From Eledone cirrhosa (lineage: Eukaryota): a stretch of DNA of 64,000 nucleotides. The position numbers and the translations under genes are program-made. Numbering within the stretch: the first letter of the stretch is position 1; each line of letters begins with the position of its first letter. The stretch covers positions 36,270,001 through 36,334,000 of the forward strand of contig OZ024755.1 in NCBI GenBank assembly GCA_964016885.1, written 5' to 3'. The notes beneath the pieces are model-generated. The model saw only the letters and a program-made list of their open reading frames with translations, made no database searches and was not told where the DNA came from. This document shows positions 39,311 through 52,592 of this stretch, piece by piece.

Positions 39311-39549
39311 TTATTGTTATTATTATTATTATTATATACACATACATATAAATGAATGCATACATACATGCACACATATATATATATACGCATCAGCGAA
39401 TAGAAAAAAAATTCTAGTAGTACATAAAATGCACTGTGAACCACCAAATTATTATGGACTAGTAGTGGTCCACCTAGTCCACACTGCACATCAGTAAATT
39501 AGCACACATCCCTTTTGATCACAATTAATATTTGTGCCATGCTTCTTAC

Positions 39550-40216
39550 ACACACATTACACCAGGTATGTTTGTATATATCTATCTGTAACTCTTTAAA
39601 TTTGACACATGTTAGCTGTCAAGACACTGCATCCTTCAAAATGTCCATGCTCCTCGAAATTCACCAACACTACACCTGATATTCCCCACTCCACACACAC
39701 GCATGTGTCTGTATGTATATAATAACTCATTCACTGTTCCCTTTCCTCACATTTGTACATTATTCTCTGTACTATACATGCACCTTTGATGAGTTGTAGT
39801 GCACCTGAACACTGTACATGTGTCTGTATGTATATAATAACTCATACACTGTTCCCTTTCCTCACATTTGTACATTATTCTCTGTACTATACATGCACCT
39901 TTGATGAGTTGTAGTGCACCTGAGCACTGTACATGTGTCTGTATGTATATAATAACTCATACACTGTTCACTTTCCTCACATTTGTACATTATTCTCTGT
40001 ACTATACATGCACCTTTGATGAGTTGTAGTGCACCTGAGCACTGTACATGTGTCTGTATGTATATAATAACTCATACACTGTTCACTTTCCTCACATTTG
40101 TACATTATTCTCTGTACTATACATGCACCTTTGATGAGTTGTAGTGCACCTGAGCACTGTACACGTGTCTGTATGTATATAATAACTCATACACTTCACT
40201 TTCCTCACATTTGTAC
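39550..40216 (+). repeat. CR1 3' UTR copy with 115-bp tandem amplification
   Basis: Homologous to 39095-39300; period 115 (39816, 39931, 40046, 40161). Confidence 0.85.
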
Positions 40217-40404
40217 GTGGATTGGCAGTATCGGTAGAGGGTCGGACGCCATGCTTTCCAGCATAGTTACGTCCCTTTACGATCCGAGTTCAAATCCCGC
40301 CGAGGTTGACTTTGCCTTTCATACTTACGGGATCGATAAAATAAAGTACCAGTAATGCACTGGGTATTTGCTGGCCTTGTGCCTAAAGTAGAAACAATTA
40401 TTAT

Positions 40405-40851
40405 TGGAGTCACAGTCATTGATGTTATTTAACTGGAAAGTTTGTTCAAATGAACATCAAGCCACTACCTGCAGTCTCAGATATTCAGGACGTAACGGAG
40501 GGTTCTTGCTGTTCCCAGCAAGCATGCCTTTTGAAGTGTTCCAAACAAGGGGGCTGGACTAATGTTCTTTAACCATCCTTGAAAACTCTTTGAGATAGTA
40601 CCTAGTGCTCCTATGACAATCGGGAAGACCTTGATTTCATGACAGTCCCAAATCCTTTTTACCTCCCACTTTAAGTCCTGGTATTCAGGACGTATTGGAG
40701 GGTTCTTGCTGTTCCCAGCAAGCATGCCTTTTGAAGCGTTCCAAAAAGTGTGAAGGGGCCAATTTTCTTTAACCATCCCTGGAAACTTTTCGAGATAGTC
40801 CCGAGTGCGCCTATGACAATCGGGATCACTTTGACTTCATGGCAGTTCCAA
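40405..40851 (-). mobile_element. Two fused Dong/R4 3' fragments
   Basis: YQDLKWEVK.IW..PIVIGALG..LQKACLLGTARTL occurs in two consecutive copies; (TTA)n flank. Confidence 0.82.
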
Positions 40852-41069
40852 TATTATTATTATTATTATTATTATACACACAATGCAGTTCCTATCAGTG
40901 ATGTTGCAGTAATAAGAATTTCACTTCCCAATCACATCTGTCCCTGTAAATAGTTATTTCTCCACAACAATAACAACAACAACAAAATGCTCCCCCAAAA
41001 ATATTACCAGTTTCGACATGAGTAATACTATGTAAATAAAAGGATAAAGATCCCATAACTCCTTGTGGA

Positions 41070-44000
41070 GTTGTAGAGGCACTGTCTTACGGTGTGTCTA
41101 GGGCACTTTGTTGTAGAGGCACTGTCATACGGTGTGTCTAGGACACTTTGCTGTAGAGGCACTGTCTTACGGTGTGTCTAGGGCACTTTGCTGTAGAGGC
41201 ACTGTCTTACGGTGTGTCTAGGGCACTTTGTTGTAGAGGTACTGTCTTACGCTGTGTCTAGTGCACTTTGTTGTAGAGGCACTGTCTTACGGTGTGTCTA
41301 GGGCACTTTGTTGTAGAAGCACTGTCATACGGTGTGTCTAGGGCACTTTGTTGTAGAGGCACTGTCTTATGGTGTGTCTAGGGCACTTTGCTGTAGAGGC
41401 ACTGTCTTACGGTGTGTCTAGGGCACTTTGTTGTAGAGGCACTGTCATACGGTGTGTCTAGGGCACTTTGCTGTAGAGGCACTGTCTTATGGTGTGTCTA
41501 GGGCACTTTGCTGTAGAGGCACTGTCTTACGGTGTGTCTAGGGCACTTTGTTGTAGAGGCACTGTCTTACGGTGTATCTAGGGCACTTTGTTGTAGAGGC
41601 ACTGTCATACGGTGTGTCTAGGGCACTTTGTTGTAGAGGCACTGTCTTATGGTGTGTCTAGGGCACTTTGCTGTAGAGGCACTGTCTTACGGTGTGTCTA
41701 GGGCACTTTGTTTTAGAGGTACTGTCTTACGGTGTGTCTAGGGCACTTTGTTGTAGAGGCATTGTCTTACGGTGTGTCTAGGGCACTTTGTTGTAGAGGC
41801 ACTGTCTTATGGTGTGTCTAGGGCACTTTGCTGTAGAGGCACTGTCTTACGGTGTGTCTAGGGCACTTTGTTGTAGAGGCATTGTCTTACGGTGACGGTG
41901 TGTCTAGGGCACTTTGTTGTAGAGGCACTGTCATACGGTGTGTCTAGGACACTTTGCTGTAGAGGCACTGTCTTACGGTGTGTCTAGGGCACTTTGCTGT
42001 AGAGGCACTGTCTTACGGTGTGTCTAGGGCACTTTGTTGTAGAGGTACTGTCTTACGGTGTGTCTAGTGCACTTTGTTGTAGAGGCACTGTCTTACGGTG
42101 TGTCTAGGGCACTTTGTTGTAGAGGCACTGTCATACGGTGTGTCTAGGGCACTTTGTTGTAGAGGCACTGTCTTATGGTGTGTCTAGGGCACTTTGCTGT
42201 AGAGGCACTGTCTTACGGTGTGTCTAGGGCACTTTGTTGTAGAGGCACTGTCATACGGTGTGTCTAGGGCACTTTGCTGTAGAGGCACTGTCTTATGGTG
42301 TGTCTAGGGCACTTTGTTGTAGAGGCACTGTCATACGGTGTGTCTAGGGCACTTTGCTGTAGAGGCACTGTCTTACGGTGTGTCTAGGGCACTTTGTTGT
42401 AGAGGCACTGTCTTACGGTGTGTCTAGGGCACTTTGTTGTAGAGGCACTGTCATACGGTGTGTCTAGGGCACTTTGTTGTAGAGGCACTGTCTTATGGTG
42501 TGTCTAGGGCACTTTGCTGTAGAGGCACTGTCTTACGGTGTGTCTAGGGCACTTTGTTTTAGAGGTACTGTCTTACGGTGTGTCTAGGGCACTTTGTTGT
42601 AGAGGCATTGTCTTACGGTGTGTCTAGGGCACTTTGTTGTAGAGGCACTGTCTTATGGTGTGTCTAGGGCACTTTGCTGTAGAGGCACTGTCTTACGGTG
42701 TGTCTAGGGCACTTTGTTGTAGAGGCATTGTCTTACGGTGACGGTGTGTCTAGGGCACTTTGTTGTAGAGGTACTGTCTTATGGTGTGTCTAGGGCACTT
42801 TGTTGTAGAGGCACTGTCTTACGGTGTGTCTAGGGCACTTTGTTGTAGAGGCACTGTCTTATGGTGTGTCTAGGGCACTTTGTTGTAGAGGCACTGTCTT
42901 ACGGTGTGTCTAGGGCACTTTGTTGTAGAGGCACTGTCTTATGGTGTGTCTAGTGCACTTTGTTGTAGAGGCACTGTCTTACGGTGTGTCTAGGGCACTT
43001 TGTTGTAGAGGCACTGTCTTATGGTGTGTCTAGGGCACTTTGCTGTAGAGGCACTGTCTTACGGTGTGTCTAGGGCACTTTGCTGTAGAGGTACTGTCTT
43101 ACGGTGTGTCTAGGGCACTTTGTTGTAGAGGCACTGTCTTATGGTGTGTCTAGGGCACTTTGTTGTAGAGGCACTGTCTTACGGTGTGTCTAGGGCACTT
43201 TGTTGTAGAGGTACTGTCTTACGGTGTGTCTAGTGCACTTTGTTGTAGAGGCACTGTCATACGGTGTGTCTAGGGCACTTTGTTGTAGAGGCACTGTCTT
43301 ATGGTGTGTCTAGGGCACTTTGCTGTAGAGGCACTGTCTTACGGTGTGTCTAGGGCACTTTGTTTTAGAGGTACTGTCTTACGGTGTGTCTAGGGCACTT
43401 TGTTGTAGAGGCATTGTCTTACGGTGTGTCTAGGGCACTTTGTTGTAGAGGCACTGTCTTATGGTGTGTCTAGGGCACTTTGCTGTAGAGGCACTGTCTT
43501 ACGGTGTGTCTAGGGCACTTTGTTGTAGAGGCATTGTCTTACGGTGACGGTGTGTCTAGGGCACTTTGTTGTAGAGGCACTGTCATACGGTGTGTCTAGG
43601 ACACTTTGCTGTAGAGGCACTGTCTTACGGTGTGTCTAGGGCACTTTGCTGTAGAGGCACTGTCTTACGGTGTGTCTAGGGCACTTTGTTGTAGAGGTAC
43701 TGTCTTACGGTGTGTCTAGTGCACTTTGTTGTAGAGGCACTGTCTTACGGTGTGTCTAGGGCACTTTGTTGTAGAGGCACTGTCATACGGTGTGTCTAGG
43801 GCACTTTGTTGTAGAGGCACTGTCTTATGGTGTGTCTAGGGCACTTTGCTGTAGAGGCACTGTCTTACGGTGTGTCTAGGGCACTTTGTTGTAGAGGCAC
43901 TGTCATACGGTGTGTCTAGGGCACTTTGCTGTAGAGGCACTGTCTTATGGTGTGTCTAGGGCACTTTGTTGTAGAGGCACTGTCATACGGTGTGTCTAGG

Positions 44001-45740
44001 GCACTTTGCTGTAGAGGCACTGTCTTACGGTGTGTCTAGGGCACTTTGTTGTAGAGGCACTGTCTTACGGTGTGTCTAGGGCACTTTGTTGTAGAGGCAC
44101 TGTCATACGGTGTGTCTAGGGCACTTTGTTGTAGAGGCACTGTCTTATGGTGTGTCTAGGGCACTTTGCTGTAGAGGCACTGTCTTACGGTGTGTCTAGG
44201 GCACTTTGTTTTAGAGGTACTGTCTTACGGTGTGTCTAGGGCACTTTGTTGTAGAGGCATTGTCTTACGGTGTGTCTAGGGCACTTTGTTGTAGAGGCAC
44301 TGTCTTATGGTGTGTCTAGGGCACTTTGCTGTAGAGGCACTGTCTTACGGTGTGTCTAGGGCACTTTGTTGTAGAGGCATTGTCTTACGGTGACGGTGTG
44401 TCTAGGGCACTTTGTTGTAGAGGTACTGTCTTATGGTGTGTCTAGGGCACTTTGTTGTAGAGGCACTGTCTTACGGTGTGTCTAGGGCACTTTGTTGTAG
44501 AGGCACTGTCTTATGGTGTGTCTAGGGCACTTTGTTGTAGAGGCACTGTCTTACGGTGTGTCTAGGGCACTTTGTTGTAGAGGCACTGTCTTATGGTGTG
44601 TCTAGTGCACTTTGTTGTAGAGGCACTGTCTTACGGTGTGTCTAGGGCACTTTGTTGTAGAGGCACTGTCTTATGGTGTGTCTAGGGCACTTTGCTGTAG
44701 AGGCACTGTCTTACGGTGTGTCTAGGGCACTTTGCTGTAGAGGTACTGTCTTACGGTGTGTCTAGGGCACTTTGTTGTAGAGGCACTGTCTTATGGTGTG
44801 TCTAGGGCACTTTGTTGTAGAGGCACTGTCTTACGGTGTGTCTAGGGCACTTTGTTGTAGAGGTACTGTCTTACGGTGTGTCTAGTGCACTTTGTTGTAG
44901 AGGCACTGTCATACGGTGTGTCTAGGGCACTTTGTTGTAGAGGCACTGTCTTATGGTGTGTCTAGGGCACTTTGCTGTAGAGGCACTGTCTTACGGTGTT
45001 TCTAGGGCACTTTGTTGTAGAGGTACTGTCTTACGGTGTGTCTAGGGCACTTTGTTGTAGAGGTACTGTCTTACGGTGTGTCTAGGGCACTTTGTTGTAG
45101 AGGCATTGTCTTACGGTGTGTCTAGGGCACTTTGTTGTAGAGGCACTGTCTTATTGTGTGTCTAGGGCACTTTGCTGTAGAGGCACTGTCTTACGGTGTG
45201 TCTAGGGCACTTTGTTGTAGAGGCATTGTCTTACGGTGACGGTGTGTCTAGGGCACTTTGTTGTAGAGGTACTGTCTTATGGTGTGTCTAGGGCACTTTG
45301 CTGTAGAGGCACTGTCTTACGGTGTGTCTAGGGCACTTTGTTGTAGAGGCACTGTCTTACGGTGTGTCTAGGGCACTTTGTTGTAGAGGCACTGTCTTAT
45401 GGTGTGTCTAGGGCACTTTGCTGTAGAGGCACTGTCTTACGGTGTGTCTAGGGCACTTTGTTGTAGAGGCACTGTCTTATGGTGTGTCTAGGGCACTTTG
45501 CTGTAGAGGCACTGTCTTACGGTGTGTCTAGGGCACTTTGCTGTAGAGGTACTGTCTTATGGTGAGTCTAGGGCACTTTGTTGTAGAGGCACTGTCTTAC
45601 GGTGTGTCTAGGGCACTTTGCTGTAGAGGTACTGTCTTACGGTGTGTCTAGGACACTTTGCTGTAGAGGCACTGTCTTACGGTGTGTCTAGGGCACTTTG
45701 CTGTAGAGGTACTGTCTTACGGTGTGTCTAGAGCACTTTT
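41070..45740. repeat. 40-bp satellite (about 116 units) with 806/846-bp and 1652-bp higher-order structure
   Basis: Unit ACGGTGTGTCTAGGGCACTTTGTTGTAGAGGCACTGTCTT; diagnostic 6-bp ACGGTG duplication at 41895, 42741, 43547, 44393 and 45239. Confidence 0.95.
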
Positions 45741-46277
45741 AAACCTGGTGGAGCCCAACCCTCTCCAGGTCTGAACACAGCTGATTTTTTCTATAAAGGA
45801 AGAATCGACCCCAGTACTGGACTAGTACTTTTTCTATTGACCTTCAAAGGATGAAAGGCAAAGTAGACCACAGCAAGATTTGAACTAAGACCGCACAATG
45901 AGGCGGGACAGATAGCATAAAGTATTCTATGACATCTTAACGACTCTGCCAATTCGCCACCTATAAGTACCAGTTACCATATGACTAATACTATGTAATA
46001 TTTCTAGAAACCCTAGAATATTGTTTTGCTGTTTAATTCTCTCCATATTCTACACCATGTTGAAATACTGCGTAATCTTCACACACATCAACTTCATATC
46101 AAAAACGTGCTAAAATATATGGTGTTTCATTTCAACATACGTATTCTGTTTTAGTAGACTCCATCTTTTATTTCAGATTACACCTACATACAGATTCTAT
46201 AATAAGCAATCAATAAAACTTAAGTTTTTTGTCTTTAAGTCATATGTGTATGTACTTTGATTTATTTATATATATAT

Positions 46278-47142
46278 ATCATCATCATCTTCGTTTAACG
46301 TCCATCTTCCACGCTAGCATGGGTTAGACGGGAGTTGTCCCACTTGAGGCAAAGTTGGTTGGGTGACCGTGTCTCGCTCATATAGGACTATCTGGCAGGT
46401 TTTCTATGGCTGGATGCCCTTCCTAACACCAACCATATTTACAGTGTGGAACTGGGAACTTTTTACCATGTTACCTACACGGCCACATTACAGTGTGGAC
46501 TGGGTGTTTTTTTTTTTTTTGTCGTGACACCTACACGATCTCGGTCTCATTATCTCATTTATTTGGACTGAATGTTGTGGTACCAACTTTACAGAGAGAG
46601 GGTGGTGTTAGAGGGAGTGGGAGGATAGAGTAGGGGTAGTGGATTGGGCTGTATATTTGTTTAAGAGGTGCCTACTGACTGTAGGTTTCGCTTTGTACAT
46701 ACGCAAGGCGGGTCTTCTGTATTACTACGTAGCACCAAAGATCTCGGTGCAGTGACATTGTCTTAGAGAGGTGTCAGTGTGTAAGGTCGGAATTTATCAA
46801 ATCGTCCCAGGTTTTTCTGGGTCTACCTACTCCGTAACTTCCATCAATTTTGATCGCCCTGCACTTTTTTATACAGCTGTCGTCTTTCATGCGTATCTCT
46901 CAAGGAAACAGCATCTGATCCCTCTTATTCCTAATTTCTCACTTAGTTCATTTATGCTTTGCCGTTCACGTATATTACTATTACCCATCCAACGGAGCAT
47001 GCATGCTTCGTTCCTTTCCAGTCTGCACAGTTCCTCTGCACGCAATGCCCATGTCTCACTGCCATGTAACATTGCTGTTCGTATACAGGCATCATACAAT
47101 CTGCCTTTCATTTTTAGAAAGAAACCTTTTGTGGCCAACAAC

Positions 47143-47143
<1 letters not shown>
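46278..47143 (-). mobile_element. 5'-truncated, decayed RTE LINE
   Basis: LATKGF.LKMKGRLYDACIRTAMLHGSETW plus 3' UTR and (CAT)n. Confidence 0.85.
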
Positions 47144-47174
<31 letters not shown>

Positions 47175-47180
<6 letters not shown>

Positions 47181-47668
47181 ATTAAATAAATGGAAAACTA
47201 TATTTATAAAACCATATTTATTTCATTATATATATTTCGGGGATATCATATTAACAATATGCTATGCCTTCATCAGACAAAATACAATATAAACAGTTTT
47301 ATAGATAAATATATTCGACATACCGTAATAAATATCAACTTCATTTGAAGAGGTTCACTCTAGCAGTGAAAATACAGAGTATTTTCACTGCTAGAGTGAA
47401 CCTCTTCAAATGAAGTTGATGTTTATTACGGTATGTCGAATATATTTATCTATAAAACTGTTTATATTGTATTTTGTCTGATGAAGGCATAGCATATTGT
47501 TAATATGATATCCCCGAAATATATATAATGAAATAAATATGGTTTTATAAATATAGTTTTCCATTTATTTAATATTGTAAATATACTCCAAGTATTTGTC
47601 GAGTGCTTTTATATCAGTTATAAATATTTACTAGTTGTAACCCAACAATTTTAAATATAACTTTACAT
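47175..47668. mobile_element. Fold-back element family A, second copy (201-bp arms plus tail) in (TA)n
   Basis: 47175-47375 versus 47379-47579, one mismatch seen, loop AGA; same left end and tail as the 19282 copy. Confidence 0.85.
47470..47535 (+). ncRNA. Hammerhead motif (family A, copy 2); mirror on minus at 47219-47284
   Basis: CUGAUGA at 47478, GAAA at 47516, same stems as 19554-19619. Confidence 0.72.
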
Positions 47669-47688
47669 ATATATATATATATATATTC

Positions 47689-47719
<31 letters not shown>

Positions 47720-47742
47720 CAAATTCATCACTGTATATATAT

Positions 47743-48062
47743 AGTGGTTAGAGCATTGGCCTTGCAATCGAAAGGTTGTGAGTTCAATTCTCAGACCGGG
47801 TGATGTGTTGTTTCCTTGAGCAAGACACTTTATTTCACATTGCTCCAGTTTACTCAGCTGTAGAAATGAGATGATAGGGACAGGGGTCCCTATCATTCCA
47901 CTGCAAAGTGGTAGTGGAGGTGCCACTGCAAAAAAGCACCCAGCACTCACTGTAAATGAGGTTGGTGTTAGGAAGGGCATCCAGCTGTAGAAATCAAGCC
48001 AGCATCAGTTCCCGTCCTACCCTTGCAAGCAGGGAAAAAGCGGACGTAAAATGAAATGATGA
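47743..48062 (+). mobile_element. CORE-type SINE
   Basis: Same family as 7294-7650; more copies at 51495-51842 (-) and 57617-57925 (+). Confidence 0.85.
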
Positions 48063-48263
48063 TGAATGATGATATGTTCGCATGCCAACATAAGAGAAAG
48101 AATGAAGTGTTCATTCTACTGACATGGCTATACAATTGAGGCTTGTTTGCATAATTGCAAACGAATTGAATGTTATTATTAATATTCGAAAATCTCAGAT
48201 TACATTTATTGTATTCAGCCATGTAGAGCGAAATTTTCTTTTATATATTTATATATATATATA

Positions 48264-48307
<44 letters not shown>

Positions 48308-48312
<5 letters not shown>

Positions 48313-48506
48313 AAGGAAGTGTGGTAAGGAACCAGGTGGACCATAACACACCAGAGTACTCAATACTTAGGGTAGTAGATTGGGTAATAGGAAAATGTTC
48401 AAGACTCCGACGGCAGAGCTCAAGCCGTTTCAACAGCTATTTCTGGAGTCCAGAAATACCCGTCGAAATGGCTTGCGCTCTGCCGTCGGGGTCTTGAACA
48501 TTTTCC

Positions 48507-48509
<3 letters not shown>
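48308..48509. mobile_element. Fold-back element family D (about 61-bp imperfect arms plus about 80-bp one-sided tail) in (TA)n
   Basis: 48387-48447 pairs with 48449-48509; TA tracts on both sides. Confidence 0.7.
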
Positions 48510-48539
<30 letters not shown>

Positions 48540-49811
48540 GAATTTATTTTGCAAGGTTTTTGATATGGAATCGTGTGTTGAAAGAAATACTGACACTACC
48601 AATACTGCCAATCAACGAGAGCAGTGATGCAGGCATTTCTGAGCCCTCACTTCCATCTCCAGGGGTGTCTTTACTAAATTTATACAACTATTAATATAGT
48701 TATCTACATTGTGGTGATTACATTTTCAAATATATTCCAGTGTTTTCTCAAGCAGAATACTCATTGAAAACTAAAGAAATAATTAATACAACTTTCAAAA
48801 TACAGAAATGTAATATATGAAAAGAAAACTAAATTTGTAAAGAAAATAATAAGCTGGATCAAAATTTTAATTTATAAAGAAACTGATAATGTGTCTTTCG
48901 TTTTATCATTTCCTTCAGATTGCTTTGGTTTGATTTCCAGGCAAGTTACATTGCTATAAATGAAACTATATTAATAGTAGTACATTAAAGAGAAGGGAAG
49001 GGCCATTTTTAGATCAAGTTTGAAATGAACCAAAAACATATATGGTGGAATCAATTCCAAAACTAGCTCCTGGTAATTCTTTATCGGATTAAAACCTCCA
49101 GTTAAACACTATATCTGATCGCTTTCTTGCTATTATGTTTCTGCAAATGCACATTGTTGCATGTGTGTATGTGTGCTTCTGTGTATGCAGATACACATCT
49201 TTACATGTGTGTGTGTGTATGTGTGCTTGTGTGTATGTGTGTTTGTGTATGGATGTGTGTATGCACTTCTGTGTATGCACATGCACATCATTTCACATGT
49301 CTGCATGAGTGCTTGTGTGTGTATGTGTGCGTGTGTGTGTGCTTGTTTGTGTGTGTATGTGCTTCGGTGTATGCACATGCACATATTTGCATGTGTGTGT
49401 GTGTGTGTGTGTGTGTGTGCTTCTGTGGATGCATATCTTTGCATGTGTGTGTCTGTGTGTATGCTTCTGTGGATGCATATGCATATCTTTGCATGTGTGT
49501 GTGCTTGTGTGTGTATGTGTGTGTGCTTGTGTGTGTGCACCTGATCAGTTTCTTATATTCTGTATATACACATGCGCATATCTACATGTGCTTGTGTGCG
49601 TGTGTATTGGTATGTGTGCATGTGTGCTAGTGTGCATATGTGTGAGTGAATGTGTGTTTACATGTGTGCATGCATGTGCATGTATGGGTGCACACCTAAT
49701 CAGTTTCTTCCTATTATGTTCTGTACATATACACATGCACATCTCTGCATGTGTATATATGTGTCTACATTTGTGCATGCGTGTGTATGTATGTATACAC
49801 ATGCACATCTC

Positions 49812-49848
<37 letters not shown>

Positions 49849-50849
49849 CTACATTTGTGCGTGTGTATGTACATATACACATGCACATCTCTGCATGTGT
49901 ATATGTATGTTTACATTTGTGCATGCGTGTGTATATAAACACATGCACAACTCTGCATGTATATATATATGTGTGTACATTTGTGCGTGTGTATGTATGT
50001 ATGCACATGCACATCTCTGCATGTATATATATACATATATATATGTGTGTGTTTACGTTTGTGCCTGCGTGTGTGTATGTATGTATACACATGCACATCT
50101 CTGCATGTGTATATATATGTGTGTTTACGTTTGTGCATGCGTGTGTATGTATGTATACACATGCACATCTCTGCATGTGTATATGCATATATGTGTTTAC
50201 GTGTAGATGCACGTATATGACTAAATACATAACCATGTGAATCTTCTTTTTGTAAAAAAAATATATAGTAGCCATTATATCATTTTCTTTTCAATCTCTT
50301 TATCTCTAAACTCTACACCTCCCCATTGTCACTCACCCTCACACATACATATATATATACACATATATATATATACATACACATATATACTTATATACAT
50401 ACATACATACACATATATACATCATCATCATCATCAACGTTTAACATCCGTGTTCCACGCTTGCATGGGTTTGGACGGGGGTAGTCCCACTTGAGGCAAG
50501 AGTGATTGTCTTGCTCGCATAGGACTGTCTGGCAGGTTTTCTACAGTTGGATGCCCTTCCTAACACCAACCACATTTACAGTGTGGGTCTGAGAGGTTTT
50601 TACCGTGTTGCCTACACGGCCACATTACAGTGTGGACTGTGTGTTTTTTTGTCGTGACACCTACACGATCTCATTTGTTTCGGCCTGGATGGCGCGGCAC
50701 CAACATAACTTTACATAGAACGGGGTGGTGTGGATGGGGTGGGGGTGGTGGCGGACATACACATATATACATACATACACATATATACATACACATATAT
50801 ATACATACACATATATACATACATACATACACATATATCATCATCATCG

Positions 50850-51012
50850 GATGTCCTACACGAGTGAAAGTATAAGGAAAAAAGATGAAATCGAAAATGC
50901 AACCGGAGTCTTTTTTTAAATATTTATTTGGTTCCTTTACCGGTTTCGCAGTTCTTATGCTTTTCAAAAGTAGAATTGAGATGGAGGGTTTGTGGTTTTT
51001 CTCGTATTCTCG
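50850..51012 (-). mobile_element. Family C element (single arm plus tail)
   Basis: Homologous to 52837-52928 and, reversed, to 29990-30108; abuts (TA)n. Confidence 0.75.
50932..50975 (-). ncRNA. Minimal hammerhead motif with U3-A8 core variant (family C)
   Basis: CUU-UUGAAAA-GCA-UAAGAAC-UGC-GAA-ACCGGU-A-AAG: 3-bp stem I (extendable), 3-bp stem II, palindromic stem III, GUA triplet. Confidence 0.7.
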
Positions 51013-51461
51013 TATATATATATATATACACACACACATATATACATATATATATATACAGACACACATATATACATATATATATATATATATATATGTA
51101 TTAGATATAAAAGCTGACCTTGCCCAATTGCACCTCTCAAAGGCGGTGTCACAGGATCGTGACCTCTGGCGTCACGCAGTAATACAGAAGTCCCGACTTC
51201 CCACGGGTACAAGCCGAAGCCGAAGTATATAGACATTATGCCCCCCACCCCCTCCCACTGCAAAGTGGTGATGTTGGAGCCACAGAAAAAAAGCACCCAG
51301 AACTCACAGTAAATGAGGTTGGTGTTACGAAGGGCATCCAGCTGTAGAAATCAAGCCAAAATCAGTTCCCATATGAGCAAGAAAAGGTCAACCAACCGGG
51401 CACTGCCCACAACAGAACAACCAATCTAACCCATGCTAGCGTGGAAGAATGGATGTAAAAC

Positions 51462-51494
<33 letters not shown>

Positions 51495-51856
51495 CATTTT
51501 TCATTTTCATTTCATTTTACGTCCACTTTTCCCTGCTTGCAAGGGTGGGACGGGAACTGATTCTGGCTTTATTTCTACAGCTGGATGCCCTTCCTAACAC
51601 CAATCTCATTTACAGTGAGTGCTGGGTGCTTTTTTTTTTGCCGTGGCACCTCCACGACTACTTTGCAGTGGAATGATACGGAACCCAGTCCCTATCATCT
51701 CATTTCTACAGCTGAGTAAACTGGAGCAATGTGAAATAAAGTGTCTTGCTCAAGGAAACAACACATCACCCGGTCTGAGAATTGAACTCACAACCTTTCG
51801 ATTGCAAGGCCAATGCGCTAACCACTAAGCCATGTGCCTCCACAATATATATAAAT

Positions 51857-52545
51857 ACTAGCTGAATTACCCAGCATTCCCTGGATTACTGCTGTTCTTA
51901 TTCAGATTAGTAAATAATAAATATGAAGATATGTTTCTTTTTTCTCATGACTATTTCAAAATATCTATATTTTATAAAAAAAATATCAAAATTGTAATGA
52001 TAATAGAATTTAGAAATGAAAATCTGTCAATCTTGAATCACCTTACAGTAAACAATATTCATTGTGTAATTCATGTACGTGTATTTAATACCTAATGAAC
52101 ACACAAACACACACACACTCACAGACATATCACAAACACACTCACAGACACACACACAGACATATTCACATACAAAATGTGACCTCCTATTGTTTTAATC
52201 CAAATGAAAATAAAAATTATCACACATACACTCTCACATACTCACATACACACACACACACACGTATACTAAGAGAGACATACATTCATGCACACCTGTC
52301 TGTCATCACATGTGTAGGTGTGTGTGCGTGGTGGTGGTTTACTATTGTTGACTAAAGAAAATATCGGTATGTCAGTCAACACACATACATTCACACACAC
52401 GCTCACACATTCACATACATATACCAAGGCAGTCACATACACATACAAAATGTGACGGCTATATTCTCACATACATTCACACACATTATGTGTATGTATG
52501 TGTAGATGTGTGTGTGTTTAACCCTCTGAAGCCTAACATACATAA

Positions 52546-52592
<47 letters not shown>

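Noticed and set aside
48919-48940. Possible plus-strand micro-exon (ttccttcag|..CCAG|gcaagt)
   Set aside because: Only 22 bp, non-canonical GC donor, no recognisable peptide or partner exons.
51352-51366. Minus-strand TDFGL, a candidate next kinase exon
   Set aside because: It lies within the SINE/RTE tail motif GAAATCAAGCCA.AATCAGTTCC, with no DLKPDN upstream and no splice context.
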